Of a DNA stretch of 39,983 nucleotides, positions 27,383 through 34,885 are shown piece after piece; positions within the stretch are counted from its first letter, which is position 1, and the number at the start of each line of letters is the position of its first letter. This DNA comes from a virus (taxonomy: Duplodnaviria > Caudoviricetes). The position numbers were made by a program, and so were the translations under genes. The notes beneath the pieces were generated by a model. It saw nothing but the letters and a program-made list of their open reading frames with translations, had not been told where the DNA came from and searched no databases. The stretch is taken from positions 1 through 39,983 of IMG/VR virus record IMGVR_UViG_3300048606_000101; one strand, written 5' to 3'.

Positions 27383-27906
27383 TGCGCACCTCCAAGGATC
27401 TTGCTGATGTGTCCCCTTGAGACTCCTACCTGCTCAGAAATCGCCAGCTGAGTGGCCCCGGCGGCGCGCAGCTCAAGCACTCGACGTGTCAGCGTTTCGT
27501 CGCATCGAAACGCGTGGTGTGCTGGACCGGCGCGACCTGCCCATCCTCGTGTTCGGCCTTTCGATTGCCGGTCCCTGTTATTGTCCGTGGCATTGCCAAG
27601 AAACAAATGAGAGGGCCGCACGCATACCGGTCGATCGCAACTATGTAGTACCCATTGCCCATCCGGGATTGCCCCAGACGTCAGCTCCCATGCAACGCGG
27701 TGAGCTCCCACGTTCTGGCGGCCGCCAAACCCAACGCGCCCGTAGCCGTCTTCGTTCGTCCTTCCGGTCCAGATCCAGCACTCGCCCGACTTGTCAACGC
27801 GGCACCAGAAGTCCGCCGGTGACTGCTCGCGCAGCATCCCGCGATCGTCGCGCCTTCGCTTCTTTGCCAACTTGACCAGCTTCTTCTGCGGAATCTCGAC
27901 GTTCAT
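27379..27906 (-). CDS. HNH endonuclease
   Basis: CWIWTG...GYG...AHRVAWEL..G.IP.G..VLHSCDRPVCVRPSHLFLG...DN..D, plus a C-terminal HTH. Confidence 0.92.
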   Translation of the reverse strand: MNVEIPQKKLVKLAKKRRRDDRGMLREQSPADFWCRVDKSGECWIWTGRTNEDGYGRVGFGGRQNVGAHRVAWELTSGAIPDGQWVLHSCDRPVCVRPSHLFLGNATDNNRDRQSKGRTRGWAGRAGPAHHAFRCDETLTRRVLELRAAGATQLAISEQVGVSRGHISKILGGAQ

Positions 27907-28850
27907 CGTGTGCCTCCAATTTCAATCTTGCCAATTGCTTTCATCGCCTGACTTGCTCTCGCCGCCTGCTCGGACATCGAGACGGGCGGAGGCTCCGGCG
28001 GGCTCGCGCGGGCTGGTTGCGCCGCGCGTTGCTGGCCCGTCGGCGGGTCGTCGAACTTGTGCATGTCGCGCGTGAGCGTCCGAGCCGGGTGCTCGTTCGC
28101 GTCGAGCCAGCCGCGGTCCCCGTGGTCGCGGAGGTAGGCCTTGACCCAATGCCGCGCGAACTCCTCGGCTCGCCCCCCGCCGCGATCGCGCGCCTCGCCG
28201 CCGAACGCCTGCAGGACTTTCTTTTCGCTCTTCGGCCCCGCGTCGAACGGGTCGAACTTGAACGGCCGCTTGTACTTCGCCGACCAGAGCTCGGCGAAGA
28301 CCCGTTTGGCCAGGTCGTACCCGGACTCCGGCCCAACCCCCCCCCGGGGGGCAGGGGGCCCCTGTACGTGTTTCAGTCGGGGCGCACTCGCGCGATGACT
28401 GTCACGATCTGGATCTGATTCCGGATCCGGATCAGATCTCTCTCCCGTGCCCGTTCCCGGCGTCTTAGTGAGACGCTCAGTAAGACGCTCGCGAGTGTCC
28501 AATAGAGTGTCCGAGTGAGACACCACATGAGACACCCTGCGCCTGTTATGCCCGCGGCGCTCGGCCCACTCCGCTCGCTGCGCGAGCAACTGAGCTTTGG
28601 AGGGATTGTACGCCAGGTAATCGTGAACCTGAAAGCCGTCATCAAGCTCGTGCAGGAGCTCGACTTTGACGAGCGTTGCCAGTTCTTCCGGAGAGGCCAT
28701 CAGAACAGCGGCTTCGAACGGGATTACTCCGTCCGTCTCGCGCTCCGCGCACCAGGCCCCGATACGGACCCATGCACCGAAGGCAGCATTCTTCGCCTTC
28801 AACACCTTCGCGTGGAAGGAAATCTTGTCATCGACTTTGAACCAGGTCAT
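27903..28850 (-). CDS. Replication initiator protein
   Basis: MTWFKVDD...H.KV...A.G.W...WC....TDG.IP...GFQVHDYL.YNPS N-terminus typical of phage initiators; internal repeats and a PPAPRGG linker. Confidence 0.75.
   Translation of the reverse strand: MTWFKVDDKISFHAKVLKAKNAAFGAWVRIGAWCAERETDGVIPFEAAVLMASPEELATLVKVELLHELDDGFQVHDYLAYNPSKAQLLAQRAEWAERRGHNRRRVSHVVSHSDTLLDTRERLTERLTKTPGTGTGERSDPDPESDPDRDSHRASAPRLKHVQGPPAPRGGVGPESGYDLAKRVFAELWSAKYKRPFKFDPFDAGPKSEKKVLQAFGGEARDRGGGRAEEFARHWVKAYLRDHGDRGWLDANEHPARTLTRDMHKFDDPPTGQQRAAQPARASPPEPPPVSMSEQAARASQAMKAIGKIEIGGTR
28337..28536. other. Putative replication origin inside the initiator gene
   Basis: Six 12-bp-period units at 28465-28536 (AGACGC x2, GAGTGTCC x2, TGAGACACC x2), five GATC in 28406-28438 within an inverted repeat, and a C9G6 tract at 28337-28351. 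Confidence 0.6.
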
Positions 28851-28948
28851 GCCCCTATCCCTTTCGGCCTATCGATTCTGTTTCGTCGGCTCGACTAAGG
28901 TCGCCGCGGGTCGGTGCGTGCTCGTTTTTGGCGTCGAGGAGAGCGAAG

Positions 28949-29794
28949 CTAGTCATGGCAAATGCAATCCCCGAGGTCGTCGATCTCGTCTGCCTCGACC
29001 ATCGGCAGAAGCGGCTGACCTCGCACTCGGCGCACCATCGCGGCGTAGCTGACCGCGTCGGCCCGGAACCTGGCTGGCCTACCTGACGAATCGGTGAGCC
29101 GGTTTTCCTGCTCAATCCACCACGTGGCCAACGACTCGTCGTCGCGGATGATTCGTTCCTTCTTGTCTCTGCCCTTCAGGAAGCAGAGGTCACAATTGCC
29201 CTCCCAAGGCATGAGGCGAAGGTCAAACGGCTGCTCGCTCCAGAACGCGGCAACGTCGGCTAGGAGAATGCCCGCCTCGGCCAGTGGCAACGCCACCTCG
29301 TACCGATTCGCCCCGGTCTCGTTCGCGCGGCCCATCTTGGCGACTCGGCGCGGCTCGTCGGCTCGGATGCCGACGACATTGGTCCAGTGGTCGAAGCCGT
29401 GCGTCATCGCCCACTTTTGCATCACGCGGATCTTGAGCTCCTGCGTGCAGAACCTAGTGACCGGATTGGGTAGGTAGGACCTCGCCTCGATGAGCGCCGC
29501 GAATGGCTCCCCGGCTCGGCTGGCGGCCTCGTGCGTGACCTCTGCGTACGTGTGAGCGAGGCCGTCGTCCTTCGGCTCCGCCCGGTATTCCAGCCAATGG
29601 ATCGGGACGCCCCACCGTGTCTCCACCGCGTGGATGAATTCGAGCGTCTCCGGCCGCTCTTTGCCGGTGTTGGCGAAGAGCACGTGAACGTCAGCGCGAA
29701 TGCCCTCGTCGAGAATCCGACGCAGCATGTAACCGCTGGTGCGGCCGCCGCTGAATGAGATGGTGGCCGGGCCATCGATCGCAAACGGGCTCAC
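28949..29794 (-). CDS. PAPS reductase family / NinC-like protein
   Basis: PP-loop ISFSGGRTSGYM, FANTGKE..ETLEF, RFCTQELK, GIRADE..R, GNCDLCFLK, C-terminal CICHD. Confidence 0.85.
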   Translation of the reverse strand: MSPFAIDGPATISFSGGRTSGYMLRRILDEGIRADVHVLFANTGKERPETLEFIHAVETRWGVPIHWLEYRAEPKDDGLAHTYAEVTHEAASRAGEPFAALIEARSYLPNPVTRFCTQELKIRVMQKWAMTHGFDHWTNVVGIRADEPRRVAKMGRANETGANRYEVALPLAEAGILLADVAAFWSEQPFDLRLMPWEGNCDLCFLKGRDKKERIIRDDESLATWWIEQENRLTDSSGRPARFRADAVSYAAMVRRVRGQPLLPMVEADEIDDLGDCICHD

Positions 29795-29964
29795 CACACG
29801 TCCCTCTCGTCCTCGTCCCACCTGGACGACTCGAGCGGGATGCCGAATCCATTGGCCTCCGATGCCTTGCCGATGGCGTAGAGGAAGGCCTTGCTGCCGA
29901 AGAAGCCGGCCCACACGAGCATGTCGGCCACGAAGACCCAGAAGCCGAGGCGGTGGGGGCTCAT
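29791..29964 (-). CDS. Small membrane protein
   Basis: MSPHRLGFWVFVADMLVWAGFF...; coupled. Confidence 0.5.
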   Translation of the reverse strand: MSPHRLGFWVFVADMLVWAGFFGSKAFLYAIGKASEANGFGIPLESSRWDEDERDVW

Positions 29965-30146
29965 CGGGCACCTTTCCGGTTGCGCTCGTAGAGCGCGATG
30001 AGCCGCTGACTCTGCGGGGAGCGACGCGGCGAAGCGTCGGCGGCGGCCCTGAACCAGTCGCGCGAGCATCGAGCGTCGGAGCAGAATCGCCCCATGTGCT
30101 TCAGCCTGACGCCGCACTGCTCGCAATGGCCTGGCAGGAGCCTCAT
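29961..30146 (-). CDS. Small Zn-finger-like protein
   Basis: CEQCG...RFCSDARC. Confidence 0.55.
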   Translation of the reverse strand: MRLLPGHCEQCGVRLKHMGRFCSDARCSRDWFRAAADASPRRSPQSQRLIALYERNRKGAR

Positions 30147-30313
30147 CGTGCCGCCCCCTTCGCCACGAAGAGCTGGCGCACGACGTCGACGAGCTCGAGC
30201 GGCGCGCACGCGGGGCACGCATGGGTCAGGGAGCCATCAGCGCCGACGACGTCGACCAGGAAGACAGCGGGCGCGTGCTTGACGCAGACGACCGTGGGGA
30301 GGGCGGCGGTCAT
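30143..30313 (-). CDS. Small Cys-containing hypothetical protein
   Basis: CVKH...ACPAC; coupled. Confidence 0.5.
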   Translation of the reverse strand: MTAALPTVVCVKHAPAVFLVDVVGADGSLTHACPACAPLELVDVVRQLFVAKGAAR

Positions 30314-30840
30314 AGGACGCCCCACTTCTCTACGAGCGAGAGAAGCTCTTCGGTGGGGGTGAACCACTCGCCATGTAGGCGAGACTTAGCGAAGTGGGCA
30401 TGGAGCGCGCGCTCGACAATCTTCGGCCCGCGGAAGCAACCGATGACGTGGAGCTTCACCGGCGAGCAGCGCTGGAGCTTGTCGAGCCGGAATCCCACGT
30501 CGCGCGCGTGGCCAATCTTGACTGGCCCGCCGTCCACGCACTGGATAAAGTAGACCCAGGTTCGGTCGTCCCGCCCCCACGAGGCCCGCTCGACAAGGTC
30601 GTCGATGGTCAGCCCGTAGGCGAGCAGCGCCGGGAAGAGCGCAGAGGCGATCGGTCCCCTGGCGGTCCCTGACTCTGCGGAACGAGACTCTACTGCAAGG
30701 GTTTCTGAGGCACGCTCCTTGCCGACGGCGAACGGTGCATGCTCCTGTGAATCTGTGGCCTTAGCTACGTTTTCAACAGTACGGTGTAACCGGGTTCGAT
30801 TCCCGGCGCCTCCACTACTATTCAGGCTTAATTGGCTCAT
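30310..30840 (-). CDS. T5orf172 / GIY-YIG-like domain protein spanning attP
   Basis: VYFIQ...PVKIGH...RL..LQ..SP..L......E..LH..F...RL.GEWF; ATG 30840 preceded by GAAAGG. Confidence 0.75.
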   Translation of the reverse strand: MSQLSLNSSGGAGNRTRLHRTVENVAKATDSQEHAPFAVGKERASETLAVESRSAESGTARGPIASALFPALLAYGLTIDDLVERASWGRDDRTWVYFIQCVDGGPVKIGHARDVGFRLDKLQRCSPVKLHVIGCFRGPKIVERALHAHFAKSRLHGEWFTPTEELLSLVEKWGVL

Positions 30841-30880
30841 TCTGCCGCCTTTCGGTCCGTAATCGGTCCCTGAGGTTCCA
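30650..30880 (+). other. attP: core matching a tmRNA (or tRNA-Ala) 3' end with flanking arm-type repeats
   Basis: Core CCGGG-TTCGATT-CCCGG-CGCCTCC-A at 30790-30814 (T-arm plus acceptor strand with U70 and A73); CGGTCC repeats at 11-bp spacing on both sides (30652, 30663; 30853, 30864); directly downstream of int. Confidence 0.85.
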
Positions 30881-31951
30881 CTATGTGGAGCGTCGTCCCG
30901 CTGGCCCCCGCCGGGCCGGCTTGTCGAGCTCCCTCACTGCATCAATCTTCACATCGGGGGAAAGGTGCGCGTAGCGCATGGTCATCCGAATGTCGGAGTG
31001 GCCGAGGAGCTCCTGCACCGTCTTGATGGGAACGCATCGCATGACCAGGTGCGACGCGAACGTGTGCCGCAGAACGTGCCAGCCGACGCGCCTGAGCCCG
31101 GCCCGCTTACACGCCGACCAGAGCGGTCGCTTGCATCCGCCGCGGGTGAGCTCGACGCCGGCGGGCCCGCGGAACAGTCGCTCGCTCGGCTCTGCCCCGA
31201 CCACGCGGAGCTCGCGCAGCGCCGCGCGCGCCCGATTATTGAGGGGTATCTCCCGCGGCTTGTGACTCTTCGGCGTGGTCACCTTCCCACGCACGATCGA
31301 CTGCCGCACCATGACCTTGTCGGCGAAGACGTCGGAGTGCCTCAACCCGAGGAGCTCGCCGACGCGCATGCCCGTGTTGAGAGCGACGACGATCATCTCC
31401 GACCATGCCCCGGCGTGCTGAGCGAGGCGCTCCGCTTCGGCGAAGCCGAAGAAGTCGAACCGCTGCTCGGGGAGCTTCAAGAGCTTGACCTTCGGGACGA
31501 AGCTCGTGCGCTTCCACTCGACGGCGATACGCAGCATCTTGCCGAGCACGGCCAGGTGGTTGTTGACCGTCTTTTCCGATAAGCCCAGCTTGCGCTTCGC
31601 AGCCTTGTACGCCTCGATGTCTTCGTCCCCAAGCTCATCGAGGCGGAGCTCAGAGAACCAAGGGGAAAGGTGCTGGTTCAGGATCTGTTCCTTCGATTCG
31701 AATTCGGACGGCTTGTTGTTGGCGCGCGCGTACGTCTCAAGAAAGTCAGTCGCGAACTCCCCGAACATTGGAGCCTTTGCAGAAGGGTTGGCGCGCGACT
31801 CGAGCTCGCGGCGGAGTTTGCGCTCCATCTCCATCGCCTCACCCTTGTTGCGAGCCCCCTTCGCGGCGCGCTTGATTCGCACCGTGTTTTTGCCGCGCCT
31901 GATGACGATGTCGATTCGCCAGCCGCCGTCCTTGCGCTTGAGAACGCTCAC
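30881..31951 (-). CDS. int: Tyrosine integrase
   Basis: TGMRVGE (R), TPKS (K), HVLRHTFAS (HxxR), LLGH, MRYAH (Y); N-terminal arm-binding beta domain. Confidence 0.95.
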   Translation of the reverse strand: MSVLKRKDGGWRIDIVIRRGKNTVRIKRAAKGARNKGEAMEMERKLRRELESRANPSAKAPMFGEFATDFLETYARANNKPSEFESKEQILNQHLSPWFSELRLDELGDEDIEAYKAAKRKLGLSEKTVNNHLAVLGKMLRIAVEWKRTSFVPKVKLLKLPEQRFDFFGFAEAERLAQHAGAWSEMIVVALNTGMRVGELLGLRHSDVFADKVMVRQSIVRGKVTTPKSHKPREIPLNNRARAALRELRVVGAEPSERLFRGPAGVELTRGGCKRPLWSACKRAGLRRVGWHVLRHTFASHLVMRCVPIKTVQELLGHSDIRMTMRYAHLSPDVKIDAVRELDKPARRGPAGRRST

Positions 31952-32145
31952 TTCGGCGCCCCGCCAAGCGCCATCCACGCGAGCAGCGTGGGCTTGTGAA
32001 TGCGGATAGTGCCGCGAAACCAGCGGGCGCCAGGTAGCTGTTTCCTTTCGACCATCTCGTAGACTGTTTTGATGTTGAGACGGAGCAGCAACGCCGCTTC
32101 CTTCGCGGTGATGATCTCCGGCTCGAGCTGTTCGGCGGCCCCCAT
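31948..32145 (-). CDS. xis: Excisionase (HTH_17 / MerR-like)
   Basis: IITAKEAALLLRLNIKTVYEMVERKQLPG.R...TIRI; coupled to int. Confidence 0.85.
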   Translation of the reverse strand: MGAAEQLEPEIITAKEAALLLRLNIKTVYEMVERKQLPGARWFRGTIRIHKPTLLAWMALGGAPK

Positions 32146-32175
32146 CACGCCCCCTGCACTGCGCAAACGCGCATC

Positions 32176-32204
32176 TTGACGTGGTCCTGCCAGGACAGAA
32201 TGCT
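32176..32204 (+). promoter_or_regulatory. Candidate promoter for a leaderless lipoprotein mRNA
   Basis: TTGACG-N17-AATGCT ending 6 nt before ATG 32211; GTCCTG-C-CAGGAC palindrome in the spacer. Confidence 0.4.
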
Positions 32205-32210
32205 GGCGTT

Positions 32211-32621
32211 ATGCGAATAACGATTCTGGCGATGGGCCTGGTTGCCGCGGTCGGATGCGGAGGCGCCGACGACGAGCCGTCCGGCCCGTGCGCGGCGGGA
32301 AGCGGCAGTTACCGGGTGAACTACACCGAGCGATCCGGCAATTGCGGACCGCTTCCCGAGCAAATCGTCGTCGTGCCAACGCTCGCGCTCAGCGAGATCG
32401 TGTGCACCGGCGGGCCGATGTCGTCGGCAGACCTCTGCACGGTGACCATGGATCAGACCTGCACCGACACCGTGAACGACGTATCGACGCGCCAGGAGGG
32501 CACGGTGCACTGGAACAAGTCCGCGTCGTCGGGCAGCGGCACCACGCAAATTACGCTCAGGCGCATCAACGGCGCCTTCGTGTGCTCCGGCACGTACGAC
32601 GTTAGCTACACGCGACTTTAG
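32211..32621 (+). CDS. Cys-rich lipoprotein (moron; superinfection-exclusion candidate)
   Basis: MRITILAMGLVAAVG|CGGADD lipobox, six further Cys, beta-rich; opposite strand to its neighbours. Confidence 0.75.
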   Translation: MRITILAMGLVAAVGCGGADDEPSGPCAAGSGSYRVNYTERSGNCGPLPEQIVVVPTLALSEIVCTGGPMSSADLCTVTMDQTCTDTVNDVSTRQEGTVHWNKSASSGSGTTQITLRRINGAFVCSGTYDVSYTRL

Positions 32622-32644
32622 GGGCGGAGAAACGCAGTAACGCA

Positions 32645-32917
32645 TCAAGCCGCCTCTCTTCGCAGCTGGAACGCCTTCACTGGCTTCTTCCCCCACGCGT
32701 TCGCCGGCACCGAGTACACATCCTCGATCCTCGTTGGCCACGGGGCCTGTGGCCGCCGGTCGCAATACACCCAGCGCGACACCATCCCGCCAGCGCAACC
32801 GAGCTCCTTCGAGACTCGGGCCTGGTCGTGGCCGCGGTGCCGCATGGCCTCCCAAAGCAACCTGGCCCCCTCGCTTCGGTGGGGGCCAAGGGTCGTCCTA
32901 CGTGGTCGTCCAGACAT
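32645..32917 (-). CDS. Cro-like XRE HTH protein
   Basis: DQARVSKELGCAGGMVSRWVYCDRRP; first gene after a leftward promoter, divergent from the repressor. Confidence 0.75.
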   Translation of the reverse strand: MSGRPRRTTLGPHRSEGARLLWEAMRHRGHDQARVSKELGCAGGMVSRWVYCDRRPQAPWPTRIEDVYSVPANAWGKKPVKAFQLRREAA

Positions 32918-32925
32918 GAGAAAAC

Positions 32926-32961
32926 ACAATAATGGCATCCAGCAACGTTGTCAAGCGCCAT
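32926..32961 (-). promoter_or_regulatory. Leftward early promoter/operator (copy 1 of 36-bp inverted repeat)
   Basis: TTGACA-N17-TATTGT on the minus strand; exact reverse complement of 33387-33422. Confidence 0.8.
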
Positions 32962-32985
32962 CGTTTGCGACCTTGAGTCGAGCCA

Positions 32986-32999
32986 AATTCGATCGAATT
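32986..32999. promoter_or_regulatory. Palindromic operator candidate AATTCGATCGAATT
   Basis: Perfect 14-bp AT-rich palindrome just upstream of the repressor ATG. Confidence 0.45.
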
Positions 33000-33021
33000 C
33001 TTGGCGAGCGGGGGGCCGCCG

Positions 33022-33336
33022 ATGCGCACGTTTGACCAGGAACTACGCCAAGCGATTGCGGCAGCCGGGTTTGACCTGAAGGGGGCAGGGCCGGCGACCG
33101 TCGGAAACGAGGGCAGAACGATGGCGGCGCTCGCGAAGAAGGCGAACGTCGAACCGACCTTTATTTCCCGCCTAAAAGACGGCAAGAAACCGCAGGTAGT
33201 GGAACAGGTCGCCGCGGTCGCGCGGCTCGCCGCGGCGTTGGGGACAACGGTCGAAAGGCTCGCCGCCGGCATCAACGCGGCCTACGAAGCCCCGGACAGC
33301 CAGGTAAGGCCGAGTAGTAAGCCTCACACCAAGTAA
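33022..33336 (+). CDS. CI-like XRE repressor (no peptidase domain)
   Basis: TMAALAKKANVEPTFISRLKDGK...VARLAAALGTTVERL; 104 aa. Confidence 0.8.
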   Translation: MRTFDQELRQAIAAAGFDLKGAGPATVGNEGRTMAALAKKANVEPTFISRLKDGKKPQVVEQVAAVARLAAALGTTVERLAAGINAAYEAPDSQVRPSSKPHTK

Positions 33337-33386
33337 GCGATCGGTCTTGAGCCGGGCCGAATCGCCGCGCATCACAATCGACAATC

Positions 33387-33422
33387 ATGGCGCTTGACAA
33401 CGTTGCTGGATGCCATTATTGT
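33387..33422 (+). promoter_or_regulatory. Rightward early promoter/operator (copy 2 of 36-bp inverted repeat)
   Basis: TTGACA(33394)-N17-TATTGT(33417-33422); ATG at 33430. Confidence 0.8.
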
Positions 33423-33429
33423 CTGACCC

Positions 33430-33615
33430 ATGCCGAACAACCCAACGGTTCTGTCTGTCGCCGAAGTGGAGGCCGCCGTCCGCAATGAGCGGCTGAAGCG
33501 CGAGCTCGAGGCGCGGTATCCGGCGCCGCCGACACACGACCACGGCCCCGGCTGCTGGATGTGCGGGTACGACGAGCACTGCCGGCTCATGCGCGCGCAG
33601 CGGGGGCAGTCGTGA
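33430..33615 (+). CDS. Small His/Cys protein
   Basis: HDHGPGCWMCG...HC; first gene after the promoter. Confidence 0.6.
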   Translation: MPNNPTVLSVAEVEAAVRNERLKRELEARYPAPPTHDHGPGCWMCGYDEHCRLMRAQRGQS

Positions 33616-33767
33616 GGCGCCTCGCCGTCGACAAGTGGACCTACGTGGGTATCCAGACGTTCCCGGGCTGCTGCGTGCTGCTCCTGGTCAACGGGCCGGA
33701 CAAGAGCACGAGGGCGCTCGTTGTCTACTCGATCGCGCAGCCGGTGCGGATCTCGGAGCTATCGTGA
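33612..33767 (+). CDS. Small hypothetical protein
   Basis: GTGA-coupled at both ends. Confidence 0.45.
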   Translation: MRRLAVDKWTYVGIQTFPGCCVLLLVNGPDKSTRALVVYSIAQPVRISELS

Positions 33768-34195
33768 CCGCCCTCGTCCTGGCCGCGATTCTAACGCTCG
33801 CCCCCGCTCTCCAGCGAGAGACGGCGGAGCGATACGCGGCAGACATCGCCCTGGCCGCCGACGGTGACATTGACCTGGCCTATGCCCTGGTTGCAACCCA
33901 GCACGTCGAGTCATCGTGGCGTCTCTCTGTAGAGACGTGTGCGGTAACCGGCGACGGCGGGCGAGCGGTGTCTGCCTTCCAGATGCATCGGCATTGGTGG
34001 GCGGGGTACTCGCGAGCCGAGGTGTGCGGCTCCAATGCGCTCGCGACGTCGCTCGCGGCATCGGCGCTCGTTGCCCTGGAGCATCGCACAGGCGGGATGG
34101 CTGGCGCTCTCCGCGCGTTCGTCGGCTGCAAACCAGGTGACCCCCGCTCGGTGAGGCGGATCAAGGCCTACCGACAGATTGGAGGCGCGTCGTGA
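33764..34195 (+). CDS. Secreted lysozyme-like / lytic transglycosylase-like protein
   Basis: Hydrophobic N-terminus TALVLAAILTLA; catalytic-like HVESSW and GDGGRAVSAFQMH (equivalent of G.MQ). Confidence 0.6.
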   Translation: MTALVLAAILTLAPALQRETAERYAADIALAADGDIDLAYALVATQHVESSWRLSVETCAVTGDGGRAVSAFQMHRHWWAGYSRAEVCGSNALATSLAASALVALEHRTGGMAGALRAFVGCKPGDPRSVRRIKAYRQIGGAS

Positions 34196-34527
34196 AACTG
34201 GAAACGCTGCTGCTCGTCGCCATGGCCTGCCTCTATCTCCTGATGGCCGTCGCGCTGGCGTGCGGCTGCTCTTTCCGCATCAGCGAGGAGCCGTGTCTCG
34301 CCTACGCCCGCGCCATCGAGAGCCGCATGACCGAATGCAAAATGCTCCCCGACGAGTGGTACCAGGGGCAGCTTCAGAAGATTTACGACCAGTGCGACGC
34401 GGGCCCGCTCGGCCTGACGTTCGTCGATGGCGAAGACGCCAACGAATGCACGAGCGAGGTGCGCGCCGAAACGTGTGAACGACTGAGGCGCGGCGCACCG
34501 TCGTGCCTCTGGCAGGTGCAGCTGTGA
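34192..34527 (+). CDS. Cys-rich secreted protein / lipoprotein
   Basis: Signal peptide ending ALACG|C, followed by six Cys. Confidence 0.65.
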   Translation: MKLETLLLVAMACLYLLMAVALACGCSFRISEEPCLAYARAIESRMTECKMLPDEWYQGQLQKIYDQCDAGPLGLTFVDGEDANECTSEVRAETCERLRRGAPSCLWQVQL

Positions 34528-34540
34528 AGAATGGGGAATC

Positions 34541-34885
34541 GTGATGGACTTCGCGAAGTACAACGGGACGGGCAAGCCGCGGATGATGCCGTCGACCGTG
34601 GAGCAGGACGAGGAAGCCGCGAAGCGCCGCAATCTCATCTGGGAGGCGCAGGACCTTCAGCGCGTAGCGTGGTCACTCGGTGGCAACTCAGCCGTCGACC
34701 ACGTGGAGGCCGATCTGCTCGAGGCGATTCGCCTCTACGAGCTCGCGAAGACCGTCTGGGAGCGGCTCGGGGACCGCGCGTACGAGGCCCGCTGCGCGCA
34801 ATACGCCATTGACGCCATCAGGCTCACCATCGCATCGAAGCGCGCGAGCGACGCGATTGCCGCTGCCACGGGGAGAGACCAATGA
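34541..34885 (+). CDS. Hypothetical helical protein
   Basis: 114 aa, coupled to the exonuclease gene. Confidence 0.6.
   Translation: MMDFAKYNGTGKPRMMPSTVEQDEEAAKRRNLIWEAQDLQRVAWSLGGNSAVDHVEADLLEAIRLYELAKTVWERLGDRAYEARCAQYAIDAIRLTIASKRASDAIAAATGRDQ

Noticed and set aside
28855-28956. 33-aa ORF between the PAPS-reductase-like gene and the initiator
   Set aside because: Too short and motif-less to support, though it may serve translational coupling.
30790-30814. Functional tRNA gene
   Set aside because: Only the T-arm and 3' acceptor strand are present; no D or anticodon arm or matching 5' strand. Interpreted as attP.
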